Source: Porphyridium purpureum (lineage: Eukaryota). Taken from it: a DNA stretch of 64,000 nt. Every line of letters begins with the position of its first letter. Position 1 is the first letter of the stretch. A program made the translations under genes and the position numbers. The notes under the pieces are model-generated. The model was not told the DNA's origin, ran no database searches, and worked only from the letters and a program-made list of their open reading frames with translations. Below, piece after piece: positions 53,211 through 64,000 of this stretch. The stretch spans positions 496,001 to 560,000 of the forward strand of contig VRMN01000003.1 of the NCBI GenBank assembly GCA_008690995.1, given 5' to 3'.

Positions 53211-54060
53211 GCTGCGGCGCTCGAACCTTCCGCGCAAACACGCTCTGGCGCCCTCCCCGACCTGCGTCACTCCTGGCTACTTCATCCAATCTCCTCGCGC
53301 GCGTGTGCCGGGACTCGCGCTCACCACCACCCGAGCCGTGGCGTGCGGAGATCCTCTCTTTGCCGCGCGCGCCTCGTATGCGTTCTTCCGCACGCGAGTG
53401 TCCATGCGCCGCGCAGACGCACACTGTACCGCACCACCCACCACTCCACACATGAGCGAGCCCGTGTGTCGGAGCCACCACGCCACCCACGCCACCGCTG
53501 CGGTTGAGTGGCTGTCTTCAAAACGTGGACACCAGTCCCCATTTTTTTTCCTTTGGGAAGGGGCGGGTGCACTTTCTCACCGAGCATGAGGTACAGCGCA
53601 GCTGTACACATAAATTCGCACTGTGCATGCTCCGTGCCGAATTTACGGCTTCCAAGCGCTCGCAGTTCCAGAAATAGCGTGTTGCGGTTGCGTGTGCGCG
53701 TGAAAGAAGAGCCTGACCCGCGCGTGGCGCGAACGCCGGAGAGGGGAAGCACAGGGGGAAGGTGAGAATCTTGCTTTCGCTTGGTTCATTTTCTCGTGTC
53801 TTCTTCTTACTTGTCTCCCTCCTTCCCCCTCTCTCCGTTCCTTCTCCTTTCTCGTGGGTGGAAGGAGAACACACGGCTACGAACGTGAGACGCAACACAG
53901 GCGCCCTGCGTGCGCGCACCGCGTCGCTCCCGGAGCGCGTGCTCGTCGCCCTGTTCTATTATTCTTTCCCGTTGGAAGCGCTCGCAAGCTCGCTACCGTT
54001 TGCCTGCGGCTAGGGGCATTGAAGAGTCCGTGCGCGTCGAGTTTGCGGGACGGTGCGATC

Positions 54061-55119
54061 ATGAAGAAGTTCGTGCCCTTCGCGGGGTCAAAGTCTAAAG
54101 ACCTCGGAAGCAAGTCGGTGTCAAAAGATGACGCGAAGAGTGTCGGTTCAGACGACTATCGCGCGTACAAATTAGACGACACGCACGAGCTGCGCGTGCG
54201 CTTGGCAGAGGCGGAGCAGAAGCTCAAGATTTTGACTGAGGAAGGACGCAAGCTTGAGCGGCATGAGCAGTCGGTGCTTGCGCTTGAAGCTGAAATAGAG
54301 ACCAAGGAGCTTCGTATGCGTGAGATCGAGGAGCAAATGAAGAAGGTCAAGCTAGAAATCTCACAGCAGGAAAAGGTCAACACGGAGGAGCTCACACCGG
54401 CAGTCAAAGAACGAGAGGAAAAGCTCCGAGCCCAGGTGGAAGAAATGCGCGCGGCAAAGGAGGCGCGCGAAAAAGCCATCAAGGATTTGGACGAGGAAAA
54501 TGAGGTTCTGTTTGCGTATGTGGAGAAGCAGAACGAAAATCTCAAGCTGCTGGGCGAGCTGCTGGTGTCCAAAAACATTCAACCGGCGATCTACATTGAG
54601 GATGGGATCTTGGTGGTGATTGAGGAATGGCGCAAGCGGGAGATCGGCCCGCGCAAGCTTATGGACCGAGCGCATCGTCTCAAGACAAAGAAAGAAGGCG
54701 ACGACCCAGCGCCGCCGAAAGAGCTCACTTTGGCGGAGAAGCGACTGGCGGCTCTTCACGACGACGATGAGCACGAATTGGAAGGCGGAATGCTGAGGGA
54801 GAGCTCATCGAAGAAACTGCTCGAAAAGTTCGAGAGGAATGTTTCCACGAAGGACCGGCACAAATCAATCAATTTGGAGAAGGAGAGCAGTGCACCCAAG
54901 GATGGGCTCAAGAACATCTTTGCCATGTTTGAGCGGAACGAATCCCAAACAGAGGTGAAGCGCGAGTTCGATGAGAAAGCCTTGAAGCGCGTGACTTCCG
55001 GCAAGGGCGGCATTGGCAAAGCATTTGAGAGCGGGGAGATCGCTCAGAAGTCTGCCATGGAGCACGAGGGAGCGTTTTCAGGCAAAGAGTTCGACAAATC
55101 TGTCATTAAGCATCGCTGA
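54061..55119 (+). CDS. Uncharacterised highly charged coiled-coil protein
   Basis: ATG 54061; long E/K-rich heptad region; coding-like codon usage. Confidence 0.75.
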   Translation: MKKFVPFAGSKSKDLGSKSVSKDDAKSVGSDDYRAYKLDDTHELRVRLAEAEQKLKILTEEGRKLERHEQSVLALEAEIETKELRMREIEEQMKKVKLEISQQEKVNTEELTPAVKEREEKLRAQVEEMRAAKEAREKAIKDLDEENEVLFAYVEKQNENLKLLGELLVSKNIQPAIYIEDGILVVIEEWRKREIGPRKLMDRAHRLKTKKEGDDPAPPKELTLAEKRLAALHDDDEHELEGGMLRESSSKKLLEKFERNVSTKDRHKSINLEKESSAPKDGLKNIFAMFERNESQTEVKREFDEKALKRVTSGKGGIGKAFESGEIAQKSAMEHEGAFSGKEFDKSVIKHR

Positions 55120-56273
55120 TCGCTGCTGTGAACTGGTGTCGGCATCGAGGCATGAATTCAGATTCACTTGCGTGTTCTTTTTTCTCGGCCACGCAGGGGC
55201 TTGATCATCTGTACCGCGATCGCATGACATGAAAAGTGTGGAGATTTCGTGCAACACTGACCCACAGGTATTTGGATTATTAAATTTAGATCTCCCCGGT
55301 TCCTTCATCGGCGCACTTTTTGGCCCACACGCTACCAGAGACGGAGACAGACACCTCCCGAACGTGATCTGGTGCCGGTATTCTGCACAGAGTCATACTG
55401 TGCGCGCTGATGATTGTCATATGCACGAACTATCGGAACAGATACTGTCCGCGTCCCTGCTAGACTCTGGTTGTCCCACACACCAGCGATTGCTGGCGCT
55501 GGGCGCGGGACGACGCGACGGCAGCGCCAAAAGCCGTGTGGGACGCGCTCATGAGAGGCTGGGTTGTCGCATCATCACCAAGTCAAGATCAGCGTAGTCT
55601 CACACCTTCACAGCCGCCGAAACGTGCCGGGTCGGCGTTCCGCGGCGAGGCGCGACTTCGCGCGTCTGCTCAACGCGCAACTTGTTAGTTGCACGTGCCT
55701 GAGGAAGTGCTTCTCAGCACTTGATGCCACGCGCCGCCACGCAAACCCTTATTCCACGAAAAGCAGCCCCGCGAGCGCTGGAAACGGCGCCATGACGGCG
55801 CGCCACTCGCTTGACAGGCGACAGGGGAGCCGGAGACACGCCCCCCGTTAGCATTGCCACCCCGCTAGGGAAGCGTGCTAGACCTTGGTTCCATGCCCGA
55901 TGTGCGTGGAAGGAGGGGAGGGGGGAGTTGGAAAAGAATCTCTATCACGGCGGGCGAGATTTCGCGTCTGCGTCAGCAGCTCATGCATGCGCAAGATTGA
56001 AGGCGGTTTGCGCCGCGCCGAAATGGGCGTTTCTGTATAGCAGTGAAATATCTACCCTCGCGGGGTTCTCGGTGGGTGAATCCGCCAAGGCGTACCGCCG
56101 AGTGGGCCCTGTTTTAATAGTATCCGAGTTATGCATCTGCGTCCATCTCGCTTAAGATCATGCGATGACCAAGCCAAAGTCGCCGCAGCACACACACACT
56201 CCGGCATGGTCCGATTCCGCACCACTGGCATAACAGACAAGTCTTGGTAAGACGCGGCTACCAACTATCGGCT

Positions 56274-56280
56274 ATATAAA
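56274..56280 (+). promoter_or_regulatory. Putative TATA box upstream of the bHLH gene
   Basis: TATAAA within ctatataaagc, about 370 bp before ATG 56647. Confidence 0.35.
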
Positions 56281-56646
56281 GCATATGAAGCCGCCGCCGA
56301 GCAGGGCCGTCGCGCACTGATCGAAACATACGTAAACGCGTGCGCTTGTCGTGTCTTGCGCGTGGGTTGACGTCGCGCTTTGTAGTGGCGCTCCTGCGCG
56401 GTGTGGTTCGCAAACGGAAGACCATTCGCTTTCACCGCTCTCACGCGTTTGGCCATACTTTGCGCTCCGCGGCTTCAGCACCTGCACGAAAGCGGATGCT
56501 GGTCGATCTACCGCATCGTATACACACAAAGGCCTTGTGCCCACCGTCGCCGCGACTCGGTCTGCTCCCTGGAAAAGGCGCGGAAGGGCAACTCCGTCTT
56601 CCTATATCAGGTGGGGTGCGAGGGTGTTGCGCGAAACGTCCCGGCG

Positions 56647-57423
56647 ATGGATATGATCACATGGGACGACGCGTACGGGCACGGAGAGGAGTTAAACTTG
56701 CTCGGCGTGATAGACGCACCGATAGATGCGCCGCTTGAATCGTTTCACGATGCGGCGCAGCATGGAGGCACGGGAGCGCCTCCGTTTGCCGAGCCGAGCG
56801 CAGAAGACGAATGTCTTTTTCTTCACGGGCACATCAGCGAGTCGGGTGACCCGCTGGAGGACCGGTCGGATTCCTTTGTTACATTGGGAACCGACGGCAC
56901 CGACGACACGAACATGCACAGGACAACTCTCAATGAGTTGAAAACAGTATTTAAGGACGACTCGCAAGCCGCGGTGCGCGGAAAACGCCACCACAAGGCG
57001 CAACGACCAGTAGGCGCGATTTCCAAGCGCGCAGGACCGCAGAGAAAGCAGAAACGTGCAGCTTTGTCGGATGACAGTGTGGGCGTTTTGGGCCTAGGCA
57101 AAACCACCGCGACCGCCAGTTTACGGACGCCTGACAGCGGCGATGGACCCGATACAGACACTGATGCGACCCGCAAGAAGACACGATCGTCGTACTCGCG
57201 CCGCTGTCGCGAAAAGCTCAACGACCTGCTAACGGAGCTATATTCCAAGCTACCACCGCCGAGCGATGACCGCAGAATCAAGCACAAGCATGAAATTCTT
57301 CTGTATGCGATTGAGGTGCTGGAGCGCGTCAGCCAGGACGGGCCATCCATCTCGAATGTGACATCCTCTAGGGGCGCTGGATTCCATCGTACGGTCGCAC
57401 ACTCGATGTCATCGGGAAACTAG
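56647..57423 (+). CDS. bHLH transcription factor (atypical basic region)
   Basis: RKKTRSSYSRRCREKLNDLLTELYSKLP...KHKHEILLYAIEVL helix-loop-helix pattern; acidic N-terminus. Confidence 0.8.
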   Translation: MDMITWDDAYGHGEELNLLGVIDAPIDAPLESFHDAAQHGGTGAPPFAEPSAEDECLFLHGHISESGDPLEDRSDSFVTLGTDGTDDTNMHRTTLNELKTVFKDDSQAAVRGKRHHKAQRPVGAISKRAGPQRKQKRAALSDDSVGVLGLGKTTATASLRTPDSGDGPDTDTDATRKKTRSSYSRRCREKLNDLLTELYSKLPPPSDDRRIKHKHEILLYAIEVLERVSQDGPSISNVTSSRGAGFHRTVAHSMSSGN

Positions 57424-57822
57424 CTAGGTAATCGCTAGTCCGACCAGGCGCACGGCCACAGTCATACGTAGAAATTTACATGACGACGACGTCTAGTTGG
57501 CAGGACGGGAAGGGTGGAGATGATAGAAGCAGATAAACCAGTGCGCTCCCCGACCGAACTCTCTTTGTCCTTGTTGTGATCACGTGTGCATCACTTGGCA
57601 CCGTTCGATGCATGCTGTCCTCTGAAGCACATTCACGTGCCCTGTTTCCGTCCCCTTGGACCCAGGGCATGTCCGAGTGTTCCTTCACTGAAACAAACGA
57701 AACCGACTCACCCAATCACGTGAACCGATAACCCGATTGTTCGAAATCCATCATGAGAGAAGCATGGGGCCCCAGCCGAAGGCGCAGGTGGCTTCAGGCG
57801 TTTCATCGCTTCACGGATTGAC

Positions 57823-60078
57823 ATGCGGCAGGGAAAGGGAGGATCTCTTCGTGAAATCACTTCCGCATCCAACGGCAACGAAATGCTGTCCAGCGGTCAG
57901 GCGAATCGTTCGGAGATCCTGAACGGCTCGGACGAACGGCGCGCAGCACGGCGACTCCGTGTGGCGCTGCTAAAGGGGCTTTTGCGGCGGCATGGCGTGG
58001 TATTGGATGCTCACGGTCCACGGTTTTCAAGCCAACTGCTGCGCGAAGATGTCGGGATACTTGCAGAGTATCCCGCGGAGACAAGTCGGCGCGGGGAGCA
58101 GATCCCAAACTTCAGCGATGAGGTGCCATGCGATTTGCGAGAATTGAAACGTCAGGCCGCAGTGCGACGCGAAAAGCTGAGGAAGAAAAGCGTGAAAGAA
58201 ATCGAAGAGTTTTATCCCGAGCACGGAGTCGGAATAAGCGATGAGTACCGTGAACGCCTGATGGAACAGCTGCAAGCTTCTTTGCGACTGGAACCAGAGG
58301 ATGTTGAGGCCGATGCAGATCTACCGGTTCTGCGTTCACCGTTGCCAGTACTGCGATACGCCTCATCTGAGTCAGCATCAAGCACAAGTAGTGAACTTTC
58401 CGTGCACTCAGACGTGGAGATGGTGCCAGAGCTAGAGGAAGCTGCCGACGACGCAGGACATCCATTCGAAATTGAACTGCGACCATCCGTCTTGGACGAC
58501 GCCATGGAGCTTGACTTTGCCTCTGAACATGGTGCCGCTCCTCCGGCAGAAGTGGCTCTTTCCTTCCAAGCCTTACCCGACCCTGTACTTTCATCGCAAC
58601 GACGCGTGCAGCCGGAACCGGAGCAAGAGGTTATGCTAGAGGCAGAGTCTGGACATGACCAGGAGCGTGAGACTGCTCGTTCACCAGCAAAGTCTGTAAT
58701 TATCATTGGCGCGGGTGTATCCGGTCTCAGTGCCGCTTGTATCCTACAAAGCCAGGGTCATGAAGTATTGATCTTGGAGGTCAAGAATCGGGCTGGGGGG
58801 CGCTGCCATACAGATGAGTCACTTGGCTGCTGCGTGGACCTTGGCGCCGCATTTATTCATGGTATCAAGAAGAATCCACTTTCAGATCTCGCGCGCCAAG
58901 CCAAATCTCCTCTTTTCGAGCCGAAAGAAGCGTCTCTTTTCTATCGATCCAGCGGCGAACTGCTGAAGCCGGAGGTCGACCTTGCAGCCACCAAGTTGTG
59001 GAATGAAGCAGTAGAGAAGGCCGACTCACTCAGGCAGAGACCCATGTACGCACAGGCTTCGTATGGCCGAGTCCTGACAGCGGCGCTCGCAGATTTGTTT
59101 GACAAGCACGCTGGCGGATGTGCACGAGAGTGTCTGGTCCAGATGCTTCAGTGGCAGAACCTGAATTTAGATGTGGCATGCGGTGTCACAGCCAGTCAGC
59201 TGTCAACATGGTATGATGTGGACGAAGAGAAGAAGTTTAAAGGTGGGCACTGCCTAATTCAAAATGGCTACAAGTCTCTCGTGCAGTTTCTGGTAGAGCA
59301 GCTGCACGAGGGCACCATTCGTTACGAAAGCGCCGTGGAGTATATCCAGTGGGACAAGAAGAGCACTGTGGGAGTTGCGCTCAACCACGAACCAAATGGG
59401 GAGCCACCGCAAAAGCAGAAGCGCGTGCGTGTTTGGTGTGCATCCGGCGTCACATACCAAGCAGACGCGTGTCTTATCACGCTCCCACTGGGTGTGCTGA
59501 AGACAGATGCTGTTCGATTCTATCCGGCACTTCCGCTCCCCAAACGGAAAGCTATCTCAGCGCTCGGCTTTGGTAACTCGAACAAGGTCGCACTTCGCTT
59601 TGCCGGGACGTTTTGGCCCGAGAAGGAAGACTACATAGGTCTGCTGCCCGACCAGGCCGCTGCAGATGCAGGCTTCCACGTGGTAATGTCGATGTGGAAT
59701 ATACATCAATTGCCGATCCTTGTGGCAACTTGCACAGGACGGCTTGCCGAATGGATTGATCACTCAACGGACCTGGAGGCTGTGGAAAGCTTGTGTCTAG
59801 TGTTGAAGAGAACATTTGGCCAGCAGTATTGTGCGCCTGTGGCCTGGAAAGTATCGCGTTGGGGGAAAGACAAGCATGTACGTGGATGCTACTCGTACGT
59901 TTCGGTCACCGCCGAGCCCTCGCAGTACCTGGAAATGGCCAAACCTGTGGACGACTGCCTTTACTTTGCTGGTGAGGCCACCAGTCGATGGCACGCGGCG
60001 ACGGTGCATGGTGCCCTCATGAGCGGAAGGCGTGAAGCCTGTCGAATCAGTGGATTGCCGGTGGACGTGGACGATTGA
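57823..60078 (+). CDS. Flavin-containing amine oxidase, LSD1/polyamine oxidase-like
   Basis: IIIGAGVSGLSAA, RAGGR, DLGAAFIHG, TLPLGVLK, LGFGNSNKV, GCYSY, FAGEAT...ATVHGALMSG.REA. Confidence 0.9.
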   Translation: MRQGKGGSLREITSASNGNEMLSSGQANRSEILNGSDERRAARRLRVALLKGLLRRHGVVLDAHGPRFSSQLLREDVGILAEYPAETSRRGEQIPNFSDEVPCDLRELKRQAAVRREKLRKKSVKEIEEFYPEHGVGISDEYRERLMEQLQASLRLEPEDVEADADLPVLRSPLPVLRYASSESASSTSSELSVHSDVEMVPELEEAADDAGHPFEIELRPSVLDDAMELDFASEHGAAPPAEVALSFQALPDPVLSSQRRVQPEPEQEVMLEAESGHDQERETARSPAKSVIIIGAGVSGLSAACILQSQGHEVLILEVKNRAGGRCHTDESLGCCVDLGAAFIHGIKKNPLSDLARQAKSPLFEPKEASLFYRSSGELLKPEVDLAATKLWNEAVEKADSLRQRPMYAQASYGRVLTAALADLFDKHAGGCARECLVQMLQWQNLNLDVACGVTASQLSTWYDVDEEKKFKGGHCLIQNGYKSLVQFLVEQLHEGTIRYESAVEYIQWDKKSTVGVALNHEPNGEPPQKQKRVRVWCASGVTYQADACLITLPLGVLKTDAVRFYPALPLPKRKAISALGFGNSNKVALRFAGTFWPEKEDYIGLLPDQAAADAGFHVVMSMWNIHQLPILVATCTGRLAEWIDHSTDLEAVESLCLVLKRTFGQQYCAPVAWKVSRWGKDKHVRGCYSYVSVTAEPSQYLEMAKPVDDCLYFAGEATSRWHAATVHGALMSGRREACRISGLPVDVDD

Positions 60079-61157
60079 AACGCATTCCGTCCCAGTGTGG
60101 GATCACAGGTAGAAACCGCCGCGTGACGTGGTGGTCTGATTCCCCTTCCTCATCTCCGAGCGCCTCACCCCATGTAGTTGCGCGTGGCGGCGGAGCGTGA
60201 ACCGCGCCGCGAATTGCCGCAGGCTGGCATTTCGGCTCTCGGGCCCAGTCTAACCAACCTCTCATGTCATTTCTCTGGCGCTGGCACGCTCCAGCCCATT
60301 GGCGCGTGTTGCGCAGGCCGCGCACGGTGTCGCAGCCGCGTCCACTCCCAACGGGGCGTGTAATCTACGCGGGTGATTTGGCGTGAATCCGAGGATGACA
60401 AACGAATGGCGGCAGCTTTCCATATTTTGTTCACTGTCAATGCGGCGCGGGCGCGGGCCGGAGCCGCAAGTGTGATCCCTCACAGCTGACCTTTTTTTGT
60501 ATGGAACGCGACGTCTGAATTGGCATCGCCTGTGCTAATCTCTGGCGACGCTCCCACGGCAGAATTCAATTTTGAGCGAGCAACTTTCCGCCCGCCGCGC
60601 CTGTTCGTACTGAAACAGCTCGATTTTCTTAAGAGATTGCGCCAGGCGAGTGGTGCGTGTGCGCAGAGTGCGCACAGAAGAAATCGCATTTTCCGTTCCG
60701 AGTCTCCTCAGGTCCTCTGATTTTGCCACGCTGGGAGGCAACTTACCAGCGTCAACATAGTTTCATGACGTTCGACACACTCATGCTCTTTGTAGCTTAT
60801 CCATGATGAACTTGCTGCGAGCGTAAGCGCTGATGATACGACTGATTTCTTTGACGGCGTGCTACCTGTCCGTGCGCGAGAGCCAGCACAGCAGGTAGAT
60901 AAAGCCTTCCGCAGTAGAAAGCACGCATGCAGCGGGGGATCGAATTCACAAACGTCCACGCGGCTTTGAAGCTGACCTTGACCTGGGCGTAGTGCGTTGC
61001 TTGCGATTCACCCAGCTGGTCCTTGGCAAAAGCAGAAGCCACCTTGCCAGTGGCGCGGTGTGACACTTATAAGCCGTGTCTGTCGGGCGGGGAAGCCCCA
61101 AGCAGCAACACGGAGCGGCTTCTGCGAGGCGACAGCTGCGCTCAGACGCGGGTTCGC

Positions 61158-63206
61158 ATGGGAGTGCCTGGTGTCATGGATGCGCGAGTGGTGGACCCCG
61201 GCGACGCCGGACCAAAATCGACACCGACCATACCACTCACTGACGACGAGCAACCACAACAAGCATGGCAGCAGTGTCTGCAGGAGAAGTGGACAGACCC
61301 CTTGGACCTGCCCTTTGACGGCTGGTTTGGCGGACAAAACATCGACTCACGCCCGACCAGACACGGACAAGATGCGTCGGCCGAGGCCGGGGGATCGGCG
61401 GTGGTCGATGCACCGCATGTTGTGGGCGAGCGTTTTGCCGACGCGCGGGAGAAGCGTGTGGCGTGGGACGCTGCAACCGTCGAGGAGAAGCTTCTGCCAG
61501 CTGAGTACTCGATGGGGTCGCGCACGTGCTCGGAGAGCGCCGCAGGCGTCACATACAAGCGATCGATGGAATTTGACGAGGACTACGAACCCGGCGAACT
61601 TTTGGCTGCCGCAGCCAGTTTTCGGCGGGGCACGGAGTCGCCGGCGAAACTTGCACGAACAGTGTCCTGCGAAGTGACGGCGAAAGCAAAGCGAAATTTA
61701 ACAGTGAGTGTTCCCGATGGAGACTTTGGGCTTGGGCTTGGGCTTGGATTTGGCTTTCAAGAACCAGAGTGTAGGATACCAGCAGGGCCAGAAATGCTCC
61801 ACACGCTCGCGGATCTCTCTTCGCCGTCGTCTAGATCACTTCTTCGCGGACCTTTCGAGGAACAGCATCATGGAGTCGTGAGTGACTTGGATGGCTTTGC
61901 AGAGTTTTCGTTGCAGCGAACAGTTTCTGCCCCCATCTCATCGTCGGCGCCCGGAACGTGCAGATTCCCCGGCGGGTTCAAGCTTGCAAGCCCCTCACCA
62001 ACTCGTACGCGCGCTTCATTTGCGTCCCCGTCGCTCTCGTCGCCTTCTTTCTCGGTGATCGTTGTCAAGTTGGCAAATGGCGAGACTCGTTTTGAGTGCT
62101 CCTTGTGCGAGTCGCGTTTCACGCAAAAGTACAATCTTACCAAGCACGTCCGCAGTGTTCACGATTGTGTACGCCGCTTTGCATGCGACTTGTGTGCGTC
62201 CAGATTTAAGCAGAAGGATCACCTGCGCAAGCATATGGCAGGCGTACATAGGATGCCCAACGCAAAACCTGTTGTTTGTACAGTATGTCCAGAGTCATTC
62301 GTAGGTGACCACGCGCTACAGGAACACATGAAAGAGGTTCACAGTTTGGAACCGCATGCAAAAGCACAATTAGAAGGCCAAGCCAGCATGAAGCAAGGCG
62401 GTAACTCTCCCGCACTGGCTTCGGACGATGCTATCGTGGATATGGATGGATCGCCGCATCGCACGTCTTCATGTGGGTCGGGAAAGAACGCATCGCACTT
62501 GCACTCGCATTCTCATTCTAGCTCAACGGAGTCTGATCAGAGCTTTCAGGCACGCGTACCTGCGTTCACAGAGTCACGTCCCTTAGTACCAGTATCGACG
62601 GGCAACGAAGTTTTGAATGTGAATTTGAACGGCCAAGACGCACTCACGACGCCAAGGATGGTGTGCACCGAATGCAACGCGGCATTTGCAAATCGCCGGG
62701 CGGTGCTTCTTCATCAACGTAGAATGCATCACGCCGGCGAAAATCTCGCCGTGGCCGTTGAAAGATCGCCAAATGTTCCCTTGGCACAAAGTACCAGTGA
62801 TCTTCGAGCAAAGACACCGCGTGAAGAAATGACGCGCTCGCTTTCCAGAAGGTCTTTCCATCGACCGGCAGAGCACTTTTCAAGTGCGGAAAATAGCGAA
62901 AGCAGACCACTTCATACATCTGGAAGCGATGTGCTAGAACGCCTGACTGCGAGTCTCTTCCCGTCAAAGACTGAATCTTTGGAGTATCCTACGGAACGGC
63001 ATGCGATGGAGCGATTAGGCTCGTCCGCAGATGCGTACGACTCGTTTCTGGTAGACTGTGAGCCCGAGAGCCTGGAATTCCTGCTTGGGCAACGTACACA
63101 GTCCCGCGCCGGCTTGGAGACATCAATTTCGAAACTCCGTGACATGACCGTGAGCGACATGGAAGACGGCTCACGCGCACTTGAAGCGCTCAGATATCGA
63201 ATTTGA
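61158..63206 (+). CDS. C2H2 zinc-finger transcription factor (four fingers)
   Basis: CSLC...HVRSVH, CDLC...HMAGVH, CTVC...HMKEVH and a separated CTEC...HQRRMH. First ATG is 61158. Confidence 0.88.
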   Translation: MGVPGVMDARVVDPGDAGPKSTPTIPLTDDEQPQQAWQQCLQEKWTDPLDLPFDGWFGGQNIDSRPTRHGQDASAEAGGSAVVDAPHVVGERFADAREKRVAWDAATVEEKLLPAEYSMGSRTCSESAAGVTYKRSMEFDEDYEPGELLAAAASFRRGTESPAKLARTVSCEVTAKAKRNLTVSVPDGDFGLGLGLGFGFQEPECRIPAGPEMLHTLADLSSPSSRSLLRGPFEEQHHGVVSDLDGFAEFSLQRTVSAPISSSAPGTCRFPGGFKLASPSPTRTRASFASPSLSSPSFSVIVVKLANGETRFECSLCESRFTQKYNLTKHVRSVHDCVRRFACDLCASRFKQKDHLRKHMAGVHRMPNAKPVVCTVCPESFVGDHALQEHMKEVHSLEPHAKAQLEGQASMKQGGNSPALASDDAIVDMDGSPHRTSSCGSGKNASHLHSHSHSSSTESDQSFQARVPAFTESRPLVPVSTGNEVLNVNLNGQDALTTPRMVCTECNAAFANRRAVLLHQRRMHHAGENLAVAVERSPNVPLAQSTSDLRAKTPREEMTRSLSRRSFHRPAEHFSSAENSESRPLHTSGSDVLERLTASLFPSKTESLEYPTERHAMERLGSSADAYDSFLVDCEPESLEFLLGQRTQSRAGLETSISKLRDMTVSDMEDGSRALEALRYRI

Positions 63207-63469
63207 AGGCCGTTTCACTACCTCGTGCGTCAGCCGAAGCGTACCGTAGATTCCGATACTAATGCTAAACTCCCATTCGTATTTTGTATTGGCTGTGACG
63301 CTCGCGGGTCATCCGCATTGTTTCGCGTTGCCTGCCGGTCCACATCGGGCCATCCTTTTTTTAGTTCCCCGCACTTTGAAATGATCCGGCCACACCTCAG
63401 GTGATTCAACAGGGTCGATCAGTTCCCATCAGGTTCAGACAGTTCGTCTTCGTTTGGCAATTGGGCGGA

Positions 63470-64000
63470 ATGGGCGGGGTCGATGGGGACCCGGCTGCTG
63501 TCCCGCTTTTCGATACACCCTTGGAGACACCTGACGGTACTCGCGTCCTCGTAGCGCAGCGCAGTTCTTCTGCTCCGACAGGTGGGGAACCGTTCTTGCG
63601 CTTGACGGGCCCTGTGGTTCGCGGATTCGGACGCGGGAGCAAGGAGTTGGGCTGCCCCACAGCAAACATACCCGTGGAACCGTATGAACTTCTGTTGTCC
63701 GGAATGCCCACTGGGGTATACTACGGCTATTGTGTGGTGCAGGGCGCGGCGCATGTCGAGCCAGATCTCCGGAAAATGGTGATGAGCTGCGGGTACAACC
63801 CGTATTATGGAAACACGAAGCGCACGATTGAAGCACATGTCCTCGACTTGGTGTGCAAAGACTTTTACGGCTGCGAGTTGACGCTTTACGTGGTGGGGTA
63901 CATCCGAGCCGAACGAGATTTTGTTTCACTGGAGGCACTGAAGACAGCCATACTGGCCGACTGCGTGAGCGCCCGAGGAGCCCTTGAGCTAGATCAACAA
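63470..64000 (+). CDS. RFK: Riboflavin kinase (3' end runs off the window; absent from the ORF track)
   Basis: Manual translation: GPVVRGFGRGSKELGCPTANI...GVYYGY...MVMSCGYNPYYGNTKRTIEAHVL...DFYG.EL...VGYIRAERDF.SLEAL. Confidence 0.93.
   Translation, partial: MGGVDGDPAAVPLFDTPLETPDGTRVLVAQRSSSAPTGGEPFLRLTGPVVRGFGRGSKELGCPTANIPVEPYELLLSGMPTGVYYGYCVVQGAAHVEPDLRKMVMSCGYNPYYGNTKRTIEAHVLDLVCKDFYGCELTLYVVGYIRAERDFVSLEALKTAILADCVSARGALELDQQ

Noticed and set aside
63406..63938. Minus-strand ORFs at the window end
   Set aside because: Antisense to the riboflavin kinase on the + strand.

Overview
Gene-dense eukaryotic nuclear DNA (visibly GC-rich) with about 29 coding regions that read as uninterrupted ORFs. 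Several plastid-targeted proteins begin with Phe-containing transit peptides (MAAF/MAF/MGF) and one is a probable phycobilisome-PSII linker, which points to a unicellular red alga, most likely Porphyridium or a relative (inference). Housekeeping genes: WDR33/Pfs2, plastid rps21, PP2A-C, pyrC, DVR, RluA-type pseudouridine synthase, ALB3, purB, IMP3, DDRGK1, CDC45, an LSD1-like amine oxidase and a riboflavin kinase truncated by the window end. Notable items: (1) a complete Cys-loop pentameric ligand-gated ion channel with the anion-selective PAR motif (20548-21999); (2) a ~5.5 kb head-to-head inverted duplication of a PiT/PHO4 phosphate transporter plus promoter, with patchy homogenisation and GAATC/P1BS-like motifs, near a PHO80-like cyclin; (3) three tandem divergent sulfotransferase-like secretory proteins, one disrupted, lying between a double-domain GT92-like glycosyltransferase and a GT2-like gene; (4) a globin with a possible second degenerate globin-like domain. 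No rRNA, tRNA or CRISPR was seen. All calls come from motif recognition by eye, not from database searches.
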